From positions 47,988,001-48,052,000 of the forward strand of contig OZ231126.1 in assembly GCA_965153355.1 (NCBI GenBank): a DNA stretch of 64,000 bases, in the 5' to 3' direction. The number at the start of each line of letters is the position of its first letter. The stretch's first letter is position 1. Source of the stretch: Flaccisagitta enflata. Taxonomy: Eukaryota. Positions 12,575 to 26,700 of this stretch are shown piece after piece. The notes under the pieces are model-generated. The model did not search any database, had not been told where the DNA came from, and was given only the letters and a program-made list of their open reading frames with translations. Made by a program: the position numbers and the translations under genes.

Positions 12575-15500
12575 AAAAGAAAAATGATTCAGATTTGAGA
12601 TTTGCTGATTTTCTTGAATTCATTGATGAAGAGCAAACCATTTCTGAAATGTTATCAGGATACCATCGCAACAACAATCAAAACAAACCTGCTGCATCAG
12701 CCAAAATTTCCGCGACGACCGCCAACGCTGCCGCAAAGAAGGATACGATGCCGACGCCAATCCCAAAAACGGCTGCGACAGAAAACACGGTCTAGCGAAT
12801 TGCCCCACTTACGGCGAGATGAACGCGTCGGACCGCCGGAAGATCAATAAAAACTTAGGCATTTGCTTCAGATGTCTCGAAGGAGGCCATCTTGCCAAGG
12901 CGTGTCTGTCGACGATCACTTGCGACAAATGCAACGGCTTCCACCACCCTCTGGCGCATCCGGAACCCAACCCGGCGGGAAAACAACCTGATGACAACAA
13001 GAACGCCGGCGAGAAGGGATCCGAATCTGCGTGACATGAGGCGCCTTCGACCAACTCCGTCTTCAAAGTCGGCGGCGACGACGGAGCGTGGAGGTTGATA
13101 CTGCCGCTGTACATAACTAACGGTGAAAGAAAAATAAAGACTTTTGCGTTGATGGATGGCGGCGCCAACCGACACGTTGTGTCGAAGGACTTGTGTAAAA
13201 GTGGGAGGAAAACAGCGATGACGATAACCACCCTTGAGAAAATGGTGGAAGGGGAGAGGGAAGTGGCAGATGTGGTGGTTGAAGGCACCAACGGCTACAG
13301 CATCACTCTCAACAACGCCATTTTTGGGGAGATTGTCGCATCAAAGGACAACAGACCGCCACGCGCTGAGGATGTCACTGGGATGGAACATCTCGCCGAC
13401 CTGGAATTCCCTTCGTTTCCAGAAGGCGACGACGGTTGCTCCATCGGCGTGATAATTGGCGCGGAACATGCCCGAATTTGGATCGGCGGAGAAACCCACA
13501 AAGGCGCCGAGGGCTTACCCATGGGAATTTCCACGCCACTTGGCGCCGGTCTGATTGGCCCCAGAAACAATACTGACTCGCGATATTTTGTTTGCAATTT
13601 TGCTTCCTTTCACAGCATTGATTCAGATTTGGTTAAAACTATAAAAAGAATAAATGCCGGTGAATTCAAAAAAAGTGGACAAAAATAAGCAAGAAATGGC
13701 GCTCCGCGACAAATTTGCAATCCGCCAAATGAAGGAAGGCATCAGGTGGGATCCCATAACGGAACACTACCGTACTCCAGTCCTTCATAAAGGCGGAAGA
13801 CAAGCAACAGCTGATGCACTAAACAATTTGGATTCCCCAACGATGGCCCTGGACCGCTTATTTTGCTCTGAAAAAACAATTAATGCGGGACCCAGAAAGA
13901 CGCCGAATAACATTCGAGACTATGGCAAAATTCTGGGAAAAAGGGCGCGTGAGGAAAATAGATCCAAATGAGCACGCCAACATGCCGCCAGATCAGCCTA
14001 GATGGACAATACCAATCCATGTGGCTGATAAACCTGGCAAACCAGGTCAAGTACGTATCTGCCACGATTGTAAGGCAGCAGTGGGAGGATCAAGCCTTAA
14101 CAACCAGCTCCTGGACGGGCCACAACTTGCCAACGACTTCAGAGGTGTGTTGATGCGCTTCCGGTGTGAAGGCCCCGTCGCTGTGGGCGCGGACATTAAG
14201 GATTACTTCCACGAGATTTATGTCACCGAAGAGGACGCAGGTGTCTTCCGTTATTACTGGTTTCGCGACGAGAAAATGGAAGAAATTGAATTGAATGAGT
14301 TCCTCGGCCACGTCTTCGGTGCAAAATCATCAAATTGTGTGGCAATTTTCACACTGCAACACCATGTGGAACAGCATTTGGCTGAATATGGTCCCCTCGT
14401 GATTCAAGCAGTGATGAGAAACATGTATATTGATGATTTGATAAAATCACTGCGCAACACCAAAGTGGCAAAAGACTTTCGCGTGGGCATCACAGCTGCC
14501 CTCGAGGACGCCGGAATGAATCTGTGCAAATGGAGATCAAGCCCATGGAAGTCCTAGAAGGCGATAAAGGATCGGCGAGGGTGCAAAAAAAGTGATTTCT
14601 ATGTAAAATTGCATCAGGAATCCATTTTTGATGTTTTAGGGCCCACGAGGGGCCTCAGAAACGCACTGTAAAAGCCAAAAATAGTCTACGGCTATTTTTG
14701 TTGAAAATTTTTTAATGAGACCCCAAACCCCAAATTTTTTTGGTGGTAATACTTGTGATGTAAGAGACTGAAAAAATGATCATCATGGTAAGTGATGGTT
14801 GGGGTACCTAAACCCAAAAGGGCCTGTAAACATAAAAATATCACTTTTTTATTTCACAAAGCGCCTAAATGTTGATTCCTTGTAACTTGAATGAACTTCT
14901 ATTTATGCAAAGTTTCCTGCAAAGCTTTGGCCACTTTGAACAGCTTCATGTTGAAATTATGCTAAAAAAAAAAATAAAATTCGACAAAAACTAATTTTTG
15001 AGTTTTCTTACATGAAAACACTATTGCAAGGTCCCTGAATCCAATTTTTTTTTTGAAAATGGTTAGTCATGCATGTTGGGAGATCCCAGGTGCATTTCAG
15101 CAGATATTTCCAAAAAATGGCTGAGTTATTACGGTTCAAAATGACCTAGTAAATGAAAAAAAAACACAATTTTGTAACTTCAAGGCTGTAGTACTGAAAA
15201 TCATACTAAAAGTACCTGGAAAATAGACATATTAAAAAGAAAATGCATGGGGAATCCATTACTGTGGTTTGGGGGCTCTATAAGGGGGCCCCTGGAAACA
15301 CCCCCCCAAAAAAAGCTAAAAATGACCTATTTTGGCTTTTTTTTGTAAAAATTTCTTGTTCAAAGAGACCCAATCCTTCCAAATTTTTTTGGGCTATACT
15401 TCTTGATGTAAGAGACTGATGGAAAGAGAATCATGTGCCTCCACGCGGACACCCCTGGGCAACTGGGCCACATGAAAAACAATGAAACTGTTTTAAAAAA

Positions 15501-18500
15501 GAAAATGGTATTCTTTGTTTGCCAGTAAGTGAATCAAAAATGCTTTGGTGCACTTAAAGGTTCTAAGCATGTGGTCCAGGCTGAGTCATACCGGTGCTGT
15601 AAAGTTGATCATCTTTCTGTTTACTGTTCACATGCAGGAACAACTATTTTTTAAATAACACTGGTTTAAATGAAAATGAAAATTGAATTTACAGAGGTGG
15701 GGGGGGGGGCAATTTTGTGGATTTCTATTTTTTTTTCATGAAATACTCCAATTAAGGAACCAAAAATTAACAGTGAGCTTTTTGCATTAAATGCAAAGTT
15801 CTATTTCAATTTTTTTAAGAAATCCAAGCATTTTTAAAGCACAATGAATAAGAAATTTGTATCATTGTTTTATCACCCGTTTTTAGGCCTTTCAGGTACC
15901 CCAAACATCACCTACCATCATGATTCTTTTTTTCAGTCTCTTTCATCAAGAAGTATTCTTACCTTAAATTCTAGAAGGTTGGAGTCTCATTGATAAATTT
16001 CTTTTTACCAAATATAGCAAAAACAGGGCATTTATGGAAAGTCTTTTTGGTGCGTTTCTTGGGGCCCCCTTATAGGACCCTTAAACCATCTGAAATAGAT
16101 TCACCATGCATTTTTAAATACATTTAACTTTTTTCCAGTTACTCTTTGTAGAATTTTTCATGCAAACAGCCTCTTTACTTTTTTCTAAAAATATCTGCTT
16201 AAATTTTTTCTGGGACCTTTTAAGATACATGAGAAACCATTTAGAAAAAACAAGGCCAACACCTATAAGTCGCGTGCGAGACATAGATAACTTATGATGA
16301 CTCAAATTGACTTAAAATGACTTAAGATGACTGAAAATAACTTAAAAAGACATAAAATGATGATAAATGACTTATACGACTAAATTGACCAAATTGACAT
16401 AAGCGACTTGATATAATGTAAAATGACTCAAAATGACTTACAATGACTTACGATAACTTAGAATGACTTAGAATGACTAAAAATGGCCTAAAATGACTAA
16501 GAATAACTAAAAGTAATAAAAAGAATGTTTGACCAACGGACTGATGGACGGATAGAGGGACGGACAAAGCGGGTTGTAGAGTCGCGTGCACGCGACGAAA
16601 ATTGGATTCCATGACCTTGAAATAGTGTCTACATGTGAGAAAACTAAAAAATTGGCTTATTTTGGGGCGAATTTTGTTTTTTTGAGTATAATTTTACCAT
16701 GAATCTGTTCAAAAGCTTTTTACATAAAATGAGAATCTCCATTTCAAATTTTTTTTGAATCCAAGCATTTTTGGACGCGCAGTGAATAAAAAAATGATAT
16801 CTTTATGTTTACAGGCCCTTTCGGCCTTTTTAGGTACCCCAACCATCATCTACCATCATGATTCTCTTTCCATCAGTCTCTTACATCAAGAAGTATAGCC
16901 CAAAAAATTTGGAAGGATTGGGTCTCTTTAAACAAGACAATTTCTCAAAAAATAGCCAAATAGGCCATTTTTAGCTTTTTTGAGTGTGCTCCAGGCCTCA
17001 GAGCCCCAAACCACCAATGAATTTCCCATGCATTTTCTTTTAATTTGTCTATTTTCCAGGTACTTTAGTATAATTTCAGTCCTTGAAGTTACAAAATTGT
17101 GTTTTTTTTTTCATTTACCAGGTCATTTTGAACCGTAATAACTCGGCCATTTTTGAATATTCAAGGAAATTTTTTCTCAGATCTTCCAAGATGCATGACT
17201 AACCATTTTCAAAAAAGATTGGATTCAGGGACCTTGAAATAGTGTTTTCAGTAAGAATACTCAAAAATTGGCTTTTTTGGCTGAATTTTTTTTTGAGCAT
17301 AATTTCAACATGAAGCTGTTCAATAGTGGCCACAAAACTTTGCAGGAAGATTGTTGCATAAAATGAGAAGTTCCATTTCAACTTTTGTAGGAATCCAAGC
17401 ATTTTTAGACGCAATGAATAAAAAAGTGATATTTATGTTTTAGGCCCTTTTGGGCCTTTTTGAGGTACCCCAACCATCACTTACCATCATGATCATTTTT
17501 TTTTCAGTCTCTTACATCAAGAACTATTACCACCAAAAAAATTTGGGGGTTGGGGTCTCATAAAGCAAAAAATTTTCAACAAAAATAACCAAAATAAGCT
17601 ATTTTTGGCTGTTTTTTTTTGGTGAGTTTCTAGGGGCCCCCTCGTAGGGCCCTAAAAACATCAAAAATGGAATCCTGATGCAATTTTACATAGAAATCAC
17701 TTTTTTTTTGCCACCCTCAACGATTTTTTTTTTCTTACAAGAAATAACGCAGCTAGCTGAAGATATGCATGTGAGGGAAGCCACCCGGAAGTCCTTGAAG
17801 GCGATACAACGGATCCGGCGCCGGCGGCGCCAGTAGATGTATCCGGCGCCACCGAAGACACGACGAAATTGTTAGGCCTTAGATACTCTTTTTCTGCCGA
17901 TGCCTTTTCCTTTTTGCCAGATAAAGCGAAAGCTGAAATGAATGTGCAAACCAAAAGAAAAATGCTCAAACTGATCGTGTCAATATTTGACCCGTTGGGT
18001 TTTTTGGAACCATTTGTCATTTGGGCAAGGCTGATCTTGCAAAAAGTGTTACGCGTTGTCGAGAATTGGGATAGCAAAGACATTCCAAATGAGTCCCTCG
18101 CCGAATTTGTGGAATGGTAGATGAGCCTCAAATCCTTAGTCATTCCGCATATCGAGATGGACGGCGACGCTGGAGACGCAGGACGGCAGAAAAGTTCTCC
18201 ACGGCCATTCGGACGCGAGTGGATGGGCGTATGGAGCCGTGTACTACGTCCGCTATGAAGGTCCAAATGGTGAGATTCACGTGTCCATCGTCTGCTCCAA
18301 ATCCCACGTTGTCCCGCTAAAGGATGTGGTGGCTGGCCACATGGAATCAACGCCGCGCTTGGAGCTTCAAGCAGCCCGTCTCGCGGCCAGAATGCGCGCC
18401 ACCATAATTGAAGAAACAGGGAGTTATGATGGTTATGTAAACTGGACCGATTCAGAGTGTGTGATTAAGCAGCTGAATGATACTGAAACAAGGTTTAAAG

Positions 18501-20267
18501 TTTACTTTGCAAATTGTCTCTCTGAAATTCAGGCACTCACGGAAGTCAAGGAGTGGAGGTGGGTCCCCACCCACCTCAACCCAGCCGACTATTTGTCCAA
18601 AGGGATGCTCGCTCAAGATCCGAATTGGGGCAAGTTCCACAACGGCCTGATTATTTTGGCGAGGTGAAACGGTCCTTAAAAGCAGATCGTGACACGCCCG
18701 CCTCGCCACATTCCTCGCAACGACAGCGACGCCGAGTGAACGCTCAGCCGCGGGTGAGATCCGTCAGGTGCGGTGGCGACGTGATTGGGAGCTGAGGCGC
18801 ATCGCACTGCTGAAACGCACGATCATGGAATGCATCGTCCGCAACCGACGCCGGGCGTTATACAACAAGGCCAACAAAGTTGGGGCGCCCACCGGCGCCG
18901 AATTGGCCGACGCCGAAAACTTGACCGTCAGTGCCATTCAATCCCAAGCCTTTCACGCGGAAATTAAGTCCCTGCATCGAAGTGATCCGGATGAAATAAA
19001 AAAGGTTGCCGCAAAATCACCCTTGGCGGCTCTCTGTCCCTTCGTTGACGACGCCGGTTTGCTGCGATGCAGAGGACGACTTCAGCGCGATGAGGAGCTG
19101 GACTTTGATGCTAAAAACCCGATGATACTCCCACACAACAACGAAGCTGTCTTGTGTTTGATCCGGTCGATCCATTTCCGGCATATGCATGCCGGCATTG
19201 AGCAAGTGTTGGGCGAATCACGACGCCGCTTCTGGATCACGAAAGGACGCCGGACTGTAACGCGTGTAGTGCGCGCGTGTCAAAAACTGTTCAAGCGCCC
19301 AGAAAGTCAGCTTATGGCGCCACTGCCGGAAGTAAGGACTAAAAAGAGTCTGCCGTTCGAAAATACGGGGGTGGACATATTTGGACCTGCTTCTTGCAAA
19401 ATCGCCGGGAGAGCGTCTCACAAAATATACGTCGCGCTATTCACCTGCCTTGCGTGCCGCGCTGTGCATTTTGAACTGTTGCGATCCATGAGCGCTTCCT
19501 GCTTTATTGACGCCCTCTTGTGATTCCAAGCTCGTCGCCCAGCGATCCGCCGGTTGTATTCGGACAACGGCACCAATTTCACCGCTTCCGACAAAGAACT
19601 ACGCGCGGAAATGGAGGCGTGGAATCTGTCTGCGACGCCAGAATTGAGGCTGACGGGTGTACAATGGACTTTCAACCCTCCTGTTGCACCACACCGAGGT
19701 GGAGTATGGGAACGTTTGGTTCAATCTTCAAAAAAACATTTGGCGTTCGTTTTGAACCAAGACAATCTCCACATCGAGACTTTTGCAACAGTATTGGCCC
19801 AAGCAGAGCTGGCCATGAATTTGCGGCGGATTACCCATGTGAGTGATGAGCCGGGGATCCAGGCTTTGCGGCCAATAGACTTTCTTTGCCCTGGAGTATA
19901 CGCGTCTTCCGGTTGCGACCTTGTGCCCCCCTCGCCTCCAAATGCAGAAGCACTTCGTTATACTTGGCGCCAATCACGCGCAATTGCCGATGCTTTTTGG
20001 AGAAGGTGGAAAAGAGACTATGTCTCGGCCTTGCAGGCGCGACCAAAATGGCGCAGGGTGGAGAAAGACTTGGAAGTTGACGACGTCGTTCTCTTGGTGG
20101 ATGATCAATGTCGACGAGGAGATTGGCGTACTGGCGTCATCACAGAGGTCGATGGGGACGACGTCGTGCGGACTGTGGTTGTGAAAACGGCAAATGGGAG
20201 GAGCTTTACACGAGATAGGAGCAAAGTGGTCCGATTGGAACTTGACCCGGCACGCATGTCGGCGTGA
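12575..20267 (+). pseudogene. Disrupted gag-end/pol of family A copy 2 (zinc knuckles, protease, RT, RNase H, integrase)
   Basis: CFRCLEGGHLAKAC, LMDGGAN, ADIKDYFHEI, YIDD, PRLELQAA, WTDSECV, NPADYLSKG, GVDIFGP, SDNGTNF, GGVWERLV, FWRRWKRDY; several stops and frameshifts. Confidence 0.92.
14577..17777. mobile_element. ~3.2-kb non-coding foldback-type insertion in pol, with long inverted arms
   Basis: gagggtgcaaaaaaagtgatttctatgtaaaattgcatcagg... is mirrored by ...cctgatgcaattttacatagaaatcactttttttttgccaccctc (ends 17718); arms extend ~800 bp; absent from copy 3 (~46340-46380); contains an aaatgactt satellite at ~16295-16520. Confidence 0.85.
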
Positions 20268-20563
20268 CTATGCCGAGAATATTGCTTCAATTGGTCTTTA
20301 AAATTTTGTTCATTTTGCCCGTTTCTCCTTAGGTGTGATTCCCTCATGCCCCCCATCCCGTCCCAGTCCCCATGTTCTTGATATTTGATTTTGAAATTGC
20401 TTTTGATTTTGCTTTGCCCCCTTTGTTGAAGTTCAAGGAGATAAATTCAAAGACAATTGTCAATAACATCAACAACAGTAACAATTACAATATCAGCAGT
20501 TGTTGTAAGACCTGCCATCCGGAGAAGCTGTCATCCCACCATGTCGGAGTATCTGGGGAGGAG

Positions 20564-22447
20564 ATGGAGGAAGGGTTTGGCGGTGGATATGAGTTAGATT
20601 TGGAGGTGTTGGAGGATGAAGCGATGGCGCCGAGGAGGGTGGAGTCGGAGGAGGTGCCGGTAGGGTATATGAATAAGGATTTGGTGTTGCCGGGAGGTCC
20701 GCAGGTGTTGGCGGCAGTGGAGAAGGATGAGGAGAGGAAGAAGAAGAGTAAGACGGAAGTGGCAGACATGGTGGGATCCTTCCGGATGTGTAGAGGTCCC
20801 AACGCTCTGACGGAAGAATTTGATGAGTGGCAATTTTCAACCGAAGCGCAGAGGAACATCATGGCCTCCAATCTGGCTGCCTTGGTGTTCTTCCATATCG
20901 GTCCTAAGCGCTACCCAAATGTATACGTGGCCCAACTGATAAAAGTCGATGGCGAGATGGACTGGGTTTTGATCAAGGACGCCTTTGACATTTACAAAAT
21001 CGGCCATGCATTATGCTCTCGCCTGCGTCACCTGTCGGTATTGTTGTGGTGTAGCCAGGGGCAGGTGAAGATGGCGATGAGGAGATACGCGAAGAAGCCG
21101 GGAGTGTGTACGGCGTATGGGCTGTGGGAGCCGGAGATGAGGGAGCCGCCGCGGTGGCCGTGCTTGCGCGGTGACTCGGCAATGGAGGAGACGGAGGCGG
21201 TGTTGAGGTTCAAGGAGGCAAAAAGACGCGAAGAGAAGGAAGAGGATTCCGGAGTTGGAGGCTACGGCGGAGATGGACAGGTGGAAGAAGTGTGGAGTAT
21301 GAGGTGAACGAGGGGTGACGGGGCCTGAGAGAGCGGTTAGGATGCCTAACCAGTTGTGGGGTTGCCCTCTCCTTCCAGAGTGGCGTGGTGCTGGGGCAGT
21401 GGCAGTGGTGGGGCCGGTGCCGAGGGACTTGGAAGCGGATGAGGTGGTGGTGCGGAGACAGGGGGAGGGGGGAGGAGTCGAGGAGGAGGAAGCGGAGGCG
21501 CAGGGGAGATGACGAAGAAGCAGGAGAGGCAGAGGAAGAAGAACTTGAAGTTTAGGGAGAATAGGAGAAAAAGGCAGTTGGAGTATAAGGAGGAGAGAGA
21601 TGGGCTGAAGGAAAAGATAGAGGAGAAGAAGAGGCAGATGGATGAGGTGAAGGCAGAGGTGGAGCGGGAGAAGAAGGAAAGGTTAGAGGAAATGCAGCGG
21701 GAAATGGAGGAGATGGAGAAGGAGATGAAGGAGAAGGCAAAGGAGAGGAAGGAGAAGGTGAACCCCTCAAAGAGGAAGAGGAAGCAGGAGGAGGAGGGTG
21801 CAGCCGGGGGTGCTCCTGTTACCACTCCAAAGGCTGACCCACCGACGTCGTCGTCTTCATCCTCTTCTAAGAAGAATAAGGGGAAGCACGCGGAGGGGGG
21901 GAAGGCGATGGCTGCTGCTTCGGCGGCAGATTCATCCATCCCCCCACCGGTGCCGTCCCCCAACCCTTCCAACAATGCTCGACAGACTGGCCGTGGATCT
22001 GGCCATGGTAATGGCCGCGGCCGTGGTGGCTGGCGCCGCGACCACGGCAGATTTTGGTCAAATCAAACTCTGGATGAGGAGGATCTGTCGCGGCGCTACA
22101 GGGAGGCGACCCCCTTCCTCCCCAACGCATCCTTTTTGGCACCCTCATCGAGCTTTGAAGATTTTTTTCGCGGGGTTTGTCTTCTTGGGCAGACTGCGGC
22201 ATCGGCGGCGATGGCACCTGTTGCCACATCATCGCCATCAGCGTCTCGCCCTCGACACCACGGACGCGGTGGTCAGTGTCAAGGGTATCAGCAGCAGCAG
22301 CGTCAGCAGAGACCTCCTACCGCCGATCCTGACGCGCAGCGCGCTCCGCAGCCACAAGGACAGCGTGGCGCGGCGCCTTCGCGTCGCCAGGCGCGTTTCG
22401 CGCCGCCCCTTTCGCTGTCCATTCGTCCGCTCATTCAGGTGACTTGA
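20564..22447 (+). CDS. Extra ORF of family A between integrase and 3' LTR (unknown function, acidic N-terminus, K/E coiled coil); frameshifted in this copy
   Basis: ORF pieces 20372-21307, 21315-21512 and 21509-22447 join into one frame when compared with the continuous frame of copy 1 (5740-6781). Confidence 0.65.
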
Positions 22448-23656
22448 TCCTTGGTTCTTCCTCTGTTTTTTGAGGCGGGACGGTGTGACTAGGTTGGAAT
22501 GGGATTCCAACGGGGGGACTGTGGAATATCGTTGATATTTTGGCATTTTTGGCGCCTTTGTACTGCGATCTACTTCATTGTCCTTTCGTTGGCATTGCTA
22601 TTTATTTGCTTGTGATGATATATTTGATTATCTGGATGCATTCTTTCTTTCAGTTAATCAGTGTATTTTAACAGCAATTCAACCTGGAAGCACTTAGATT
22701 TACAGTGGAACCTGTGGTGAGTGTACTTGGCTACATTTGTTGACAATTGCTTGAATTGGTTAAGATAGTTATGATGATGCATTAGCTAGTTAGAAGTAGG
22801 TATTAACCAATCCCTTTTCCCCCCCTCTCTTTTGTTTCTTTCTCTTTCTCTTCCTGTATATAATAGTTTAAATACACTTTCTTACCTAGATATCAGTGAT
22901 AGTATCCACAGACTGACGATGGGAACAACGCCACTGGAAGTGACGTTATCAGCGCAATTGGCGTGGTGATGGCGTTGTCAGACCGGACGTGGCGTCTTCA
23001 ACCGGAAGTTGCGTGGACGACAAGATCCTGATGACGGTACGAGACAGTATTTTCTACGGTTCTTTACACTCTGTGTCCCTCTGTGTCCCTCCGTGTCCCT
23101 CTGTGTCCCTCTGTGTCTCTACAAGAGGGCCCGTCCCACCGTCTCCAGGTTGACGCACAAAATGAATTTTCGGCTTCCAGATAATTTTCCGCAAAAGTGA
23201 TAGTCATTAAATTTGTTGGGTACAGTGAAAAATAAAGAAAGAATAAACTCCGCCAATTTTTTAATTTTTTTTCTTTTCCTTTTTATCTCATTATCGATTT
23301 TTATAAATTGAACGACATTCAATATGTGTCTACAAGACGAGATGACAAAAGCTGAGGATGCAACACCTTTCAACAACCCTTGGACCGCAGTTGATGAACT
23401 ATGCCGAGCGACGTGCTATCGACGTGGTTTTAGAATGCAACTTATTCGAAGGATAATATTCGCAAAAGTGTTAGATGTTCAGCGGTACCCCTTGCCCCTA
23501 TGTGAGTATATGTAGGTGTGTGTTTGTGAGAGGGGCAGCGGCCCCAAAGGGGCTGATGACCTACACATAGTAAGTTTTGAAGCTCAGACAGACAGACAGG
23601 CAGACAGACAGACAGACAGACAGAAGAGGAAACAAAGTTGGGGAGAGAGCGAGCGC

Positions 23657-23723
<67 letters not shown>

Positions 23724-26700
23724 CTGTTGAAATGATATCATTCATATGATGTGTTTTTAGGTGCGCCAAAGCACCTCCATAATCGGCATTGTTGCTTGGT
23801 CGGTCGGTTGGTTGGTCTGTTGGTCGGTTGGTCTGTTGGTTGGTCGTTCGACGATCCACACGGCGTACCTTTTTGGCCTACTTGGCATTGTTTGTTGATA
23901 TGTTCATATGCATTTTCCGCAATGAGAAATGTCACCCTCCATTAAAGAATAAATCGGAAATTTTCTTCCAGGGAAAAACCCATTTTTGGAGAAATACATG
24001 CATCGCGATTCGCCTTTTTACGAAACTATCTTTGAGCCTAACAAAGAATTGGACACGGGCACGCTAACAATTTTCCAGGTGATGTGCACCGCTCTCGCCA
24101 AATTCTTCCGAGTCGCTGTCAAAGAATTCCTCCCGGGTGGAGAGTTCGAGAATTTGAACGCCAATGACGTCAAAGGTGTGCCGACGCACAGTAAATTCCC
24201 GGAGTGGATGTTTGGATACTGGAGGATGCTCATGAACTACATGCCTAACGTCGGCACACTTACGGCGGAGGCGTTCACGCTGTTTGTCCGCAACAACACT
24301 TACGAATGGATCAAAGCAAAGGGAGATGAGGAATGCCATGCAATCATCCGGCAATGTCAATGTTCCAATGCTTCGGAAGAAGTACAAAGAACGTCAAGTA
24401 ACAAAAAAGGGCCGGATACACGGCTCCTAAAGGAAGCATGCAGTTAGGCAGGGTCTAACAACACATATAGGTTGGGGCATTTGTGCTAAAACCGCCCGTA
24501 AATGCTAAAACTGCCCGTAAATGCCAAAACACTAGGCGTGATGGATCGATGGACCGACGGACCAATGGACATGGGGGGATACAAATTTTCGTGCGCGCGA
24601 CTAAAAATAGAAAACTATAGTGTCCCTAACATGTTCCACTGTCAAAAAATTAGTGCAAGTGAAATATACATATATGGATGACCATACATTGATGAGTGAA
24701 CATACAGTTGAATAGAGGCAATTTTTGTTTGATGAATGAATGATAAATGAATAAAGAAATGACCCAACTAATTAACAAACAAATGTATTTACAAATGAAC
24801 AATCAAACAAACATGAACGATTGAAGAAAAGAATAAATGAATGAGGGAAAATAATGACCAATTTTAAGCAATGCAGTAATTTGATTTTTAGGCGGAGGTG
24901 CTGCGAATTTGTCGGGACAATCTACAAAAAGAACGCCAACTATTCTCTCTCGAGGATCCATTGCGTACGCCATCTCCTGGCTCCTCTTCCTCGTAAAGAA
25001 ATCTGTGGCCTCATCTGCCATTTTCCTAGAAAACAAATTTTTCCATGGAATTGCAGACCCGTCTGGTGCGTATATCCTTCCATCCAAAAACCTTTCGTAC
25101 TTACATATGGGCTTGTCATCCGTTGAGCAGCGCGTCGCCCAATCTGACAAATTTAACCGCGTTTCTATGAATAGAACCCGAAAGTTAAACTTTTGCAGCC
25201 CCATGACACGTCTTGCCAAATTTTTAGGCACCGCCTCCAACAAACTCCATTGTCGTACTGTAGAATTATCTACCAATGAATACCAACAGTGTCCCGACAA
25301 ATAGTGCTCAAATTTGCGCGTGGTCTCTTAGAGAGCCACGAGCTCAAAGAGCCATATTGGCCACGCGCTCATTGAATCATCAATACGTCTACTCCAACAT
25401 GCCACAATATGCAAATATCTCTTTGTTGGGTTAAGCTTTGAGCTTGGCAGAGGATACAATGCCTGTGTAATTATGCCAGAAATGCTTGTAGTGCTCGAGT
25501 CTGTCCATACAAGTGTCACTGCTTTTGGGTTGTTTGTTATAGTGCGTATTACGCCCACTGTATCATCCAACAGATAGGCCTTCAATTCCTCGAAAGCTTT
25601 TGTATACACAGGTGACGGCTTAAATAGCACAGTGGGGTGCCCAAGCCTTCTGAGGTGCGATAACTTTTCTGATAATAACGGGGCCACGGGCATAAAATAC
25701 AAAAAAAACGCCGCCCCAACACCCTCACGTCATAATCGAGCAAATGAGCAAGCCGTGAAAAAAGTTGTATTGTTTCTCCTTTTTTTGGGCAGCGGCCCCA
25801 AAGGGGTCGATGACCTATGCTTTCACACATATAAATTACGCCCACGAGTTTCAACTGGCACTGTCTATGAGCGTCTATCTGACTGACGACTTGTGGTGAA
25901 AGAAAGTTGGCCGATTGGAAAATAGGAAGGCGATCGTCTCGTTTATTCCATAAAAATTTCAACAACTGAAGAGAGGGGGAAAAATGAAAGGGAAAGTGGG
26001 CGTTAATTGTGATCAGCAAACGCAAAAGATAACATGAAATCGAGATAGGACACAATAAAGGACAGAAACAGCACATGACAACATGTTCATCTTCTTCAGA
26101 GCCCATGCCACCTGATAATACACTGCTCTCTGCCCCGGCCCATCCCATTAAATTCATCCATATCATCCTATAGCAAGCTGATCGGATGTGCTATAAAAAC
26201 CATACTAAACCCGGTGATAAAAATGCAAAGGGCAAAAAACAGACAACAGACCGGAAGACAAGATAAAAACAACGTTAATAAAAGCAGAAACGCGTCTATA
26301 AAACTTACTTTTAGGCCCACTTTCGTTGGTTTCAACCTACAGTCTGTCGATGTCAAATTAACGTTAATTGTCCGTTCATTAGTTTATCTGCAATAAAAGG
26401 AGAGATTATTGAAATTAGTGAATTCCAAGGGCGCATTCAAACGATCATAAAAATCAATCAATCACTCTAAAAGCGACACAAATAAATAAAATCAATCAAT
26501 CCAAAATTGGATGATACGAAAGACGAGTTACGTATATCTGCCTACGTAGTAAAAACAAATGGCACAAAATCAAGGCGCAACCATATGGTTACCCATCTAG
26601 CGTTCAATATAAAAAATGGCAAGAAACAAAAGACACGGGCATCGAATAGTAGAGAAAGAGAAAAAGCCAAAAGCACGCAAAAGAGACAGAAGGCACACAC

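Larger units (their letters stand above)
12362..23068 (+). mobile_element. Bel/Pao LTR retrotransposon family A, copy 2 (both termini; internal deletion and foldback insertion)
   Basis: 5' LTR start tgtggaat at 12362, 3' LTR 22520-23068, TSD ctctg on both sides; gag end, PR, RT, RH, IN and extra ORF in order. Confidence 0.92.
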
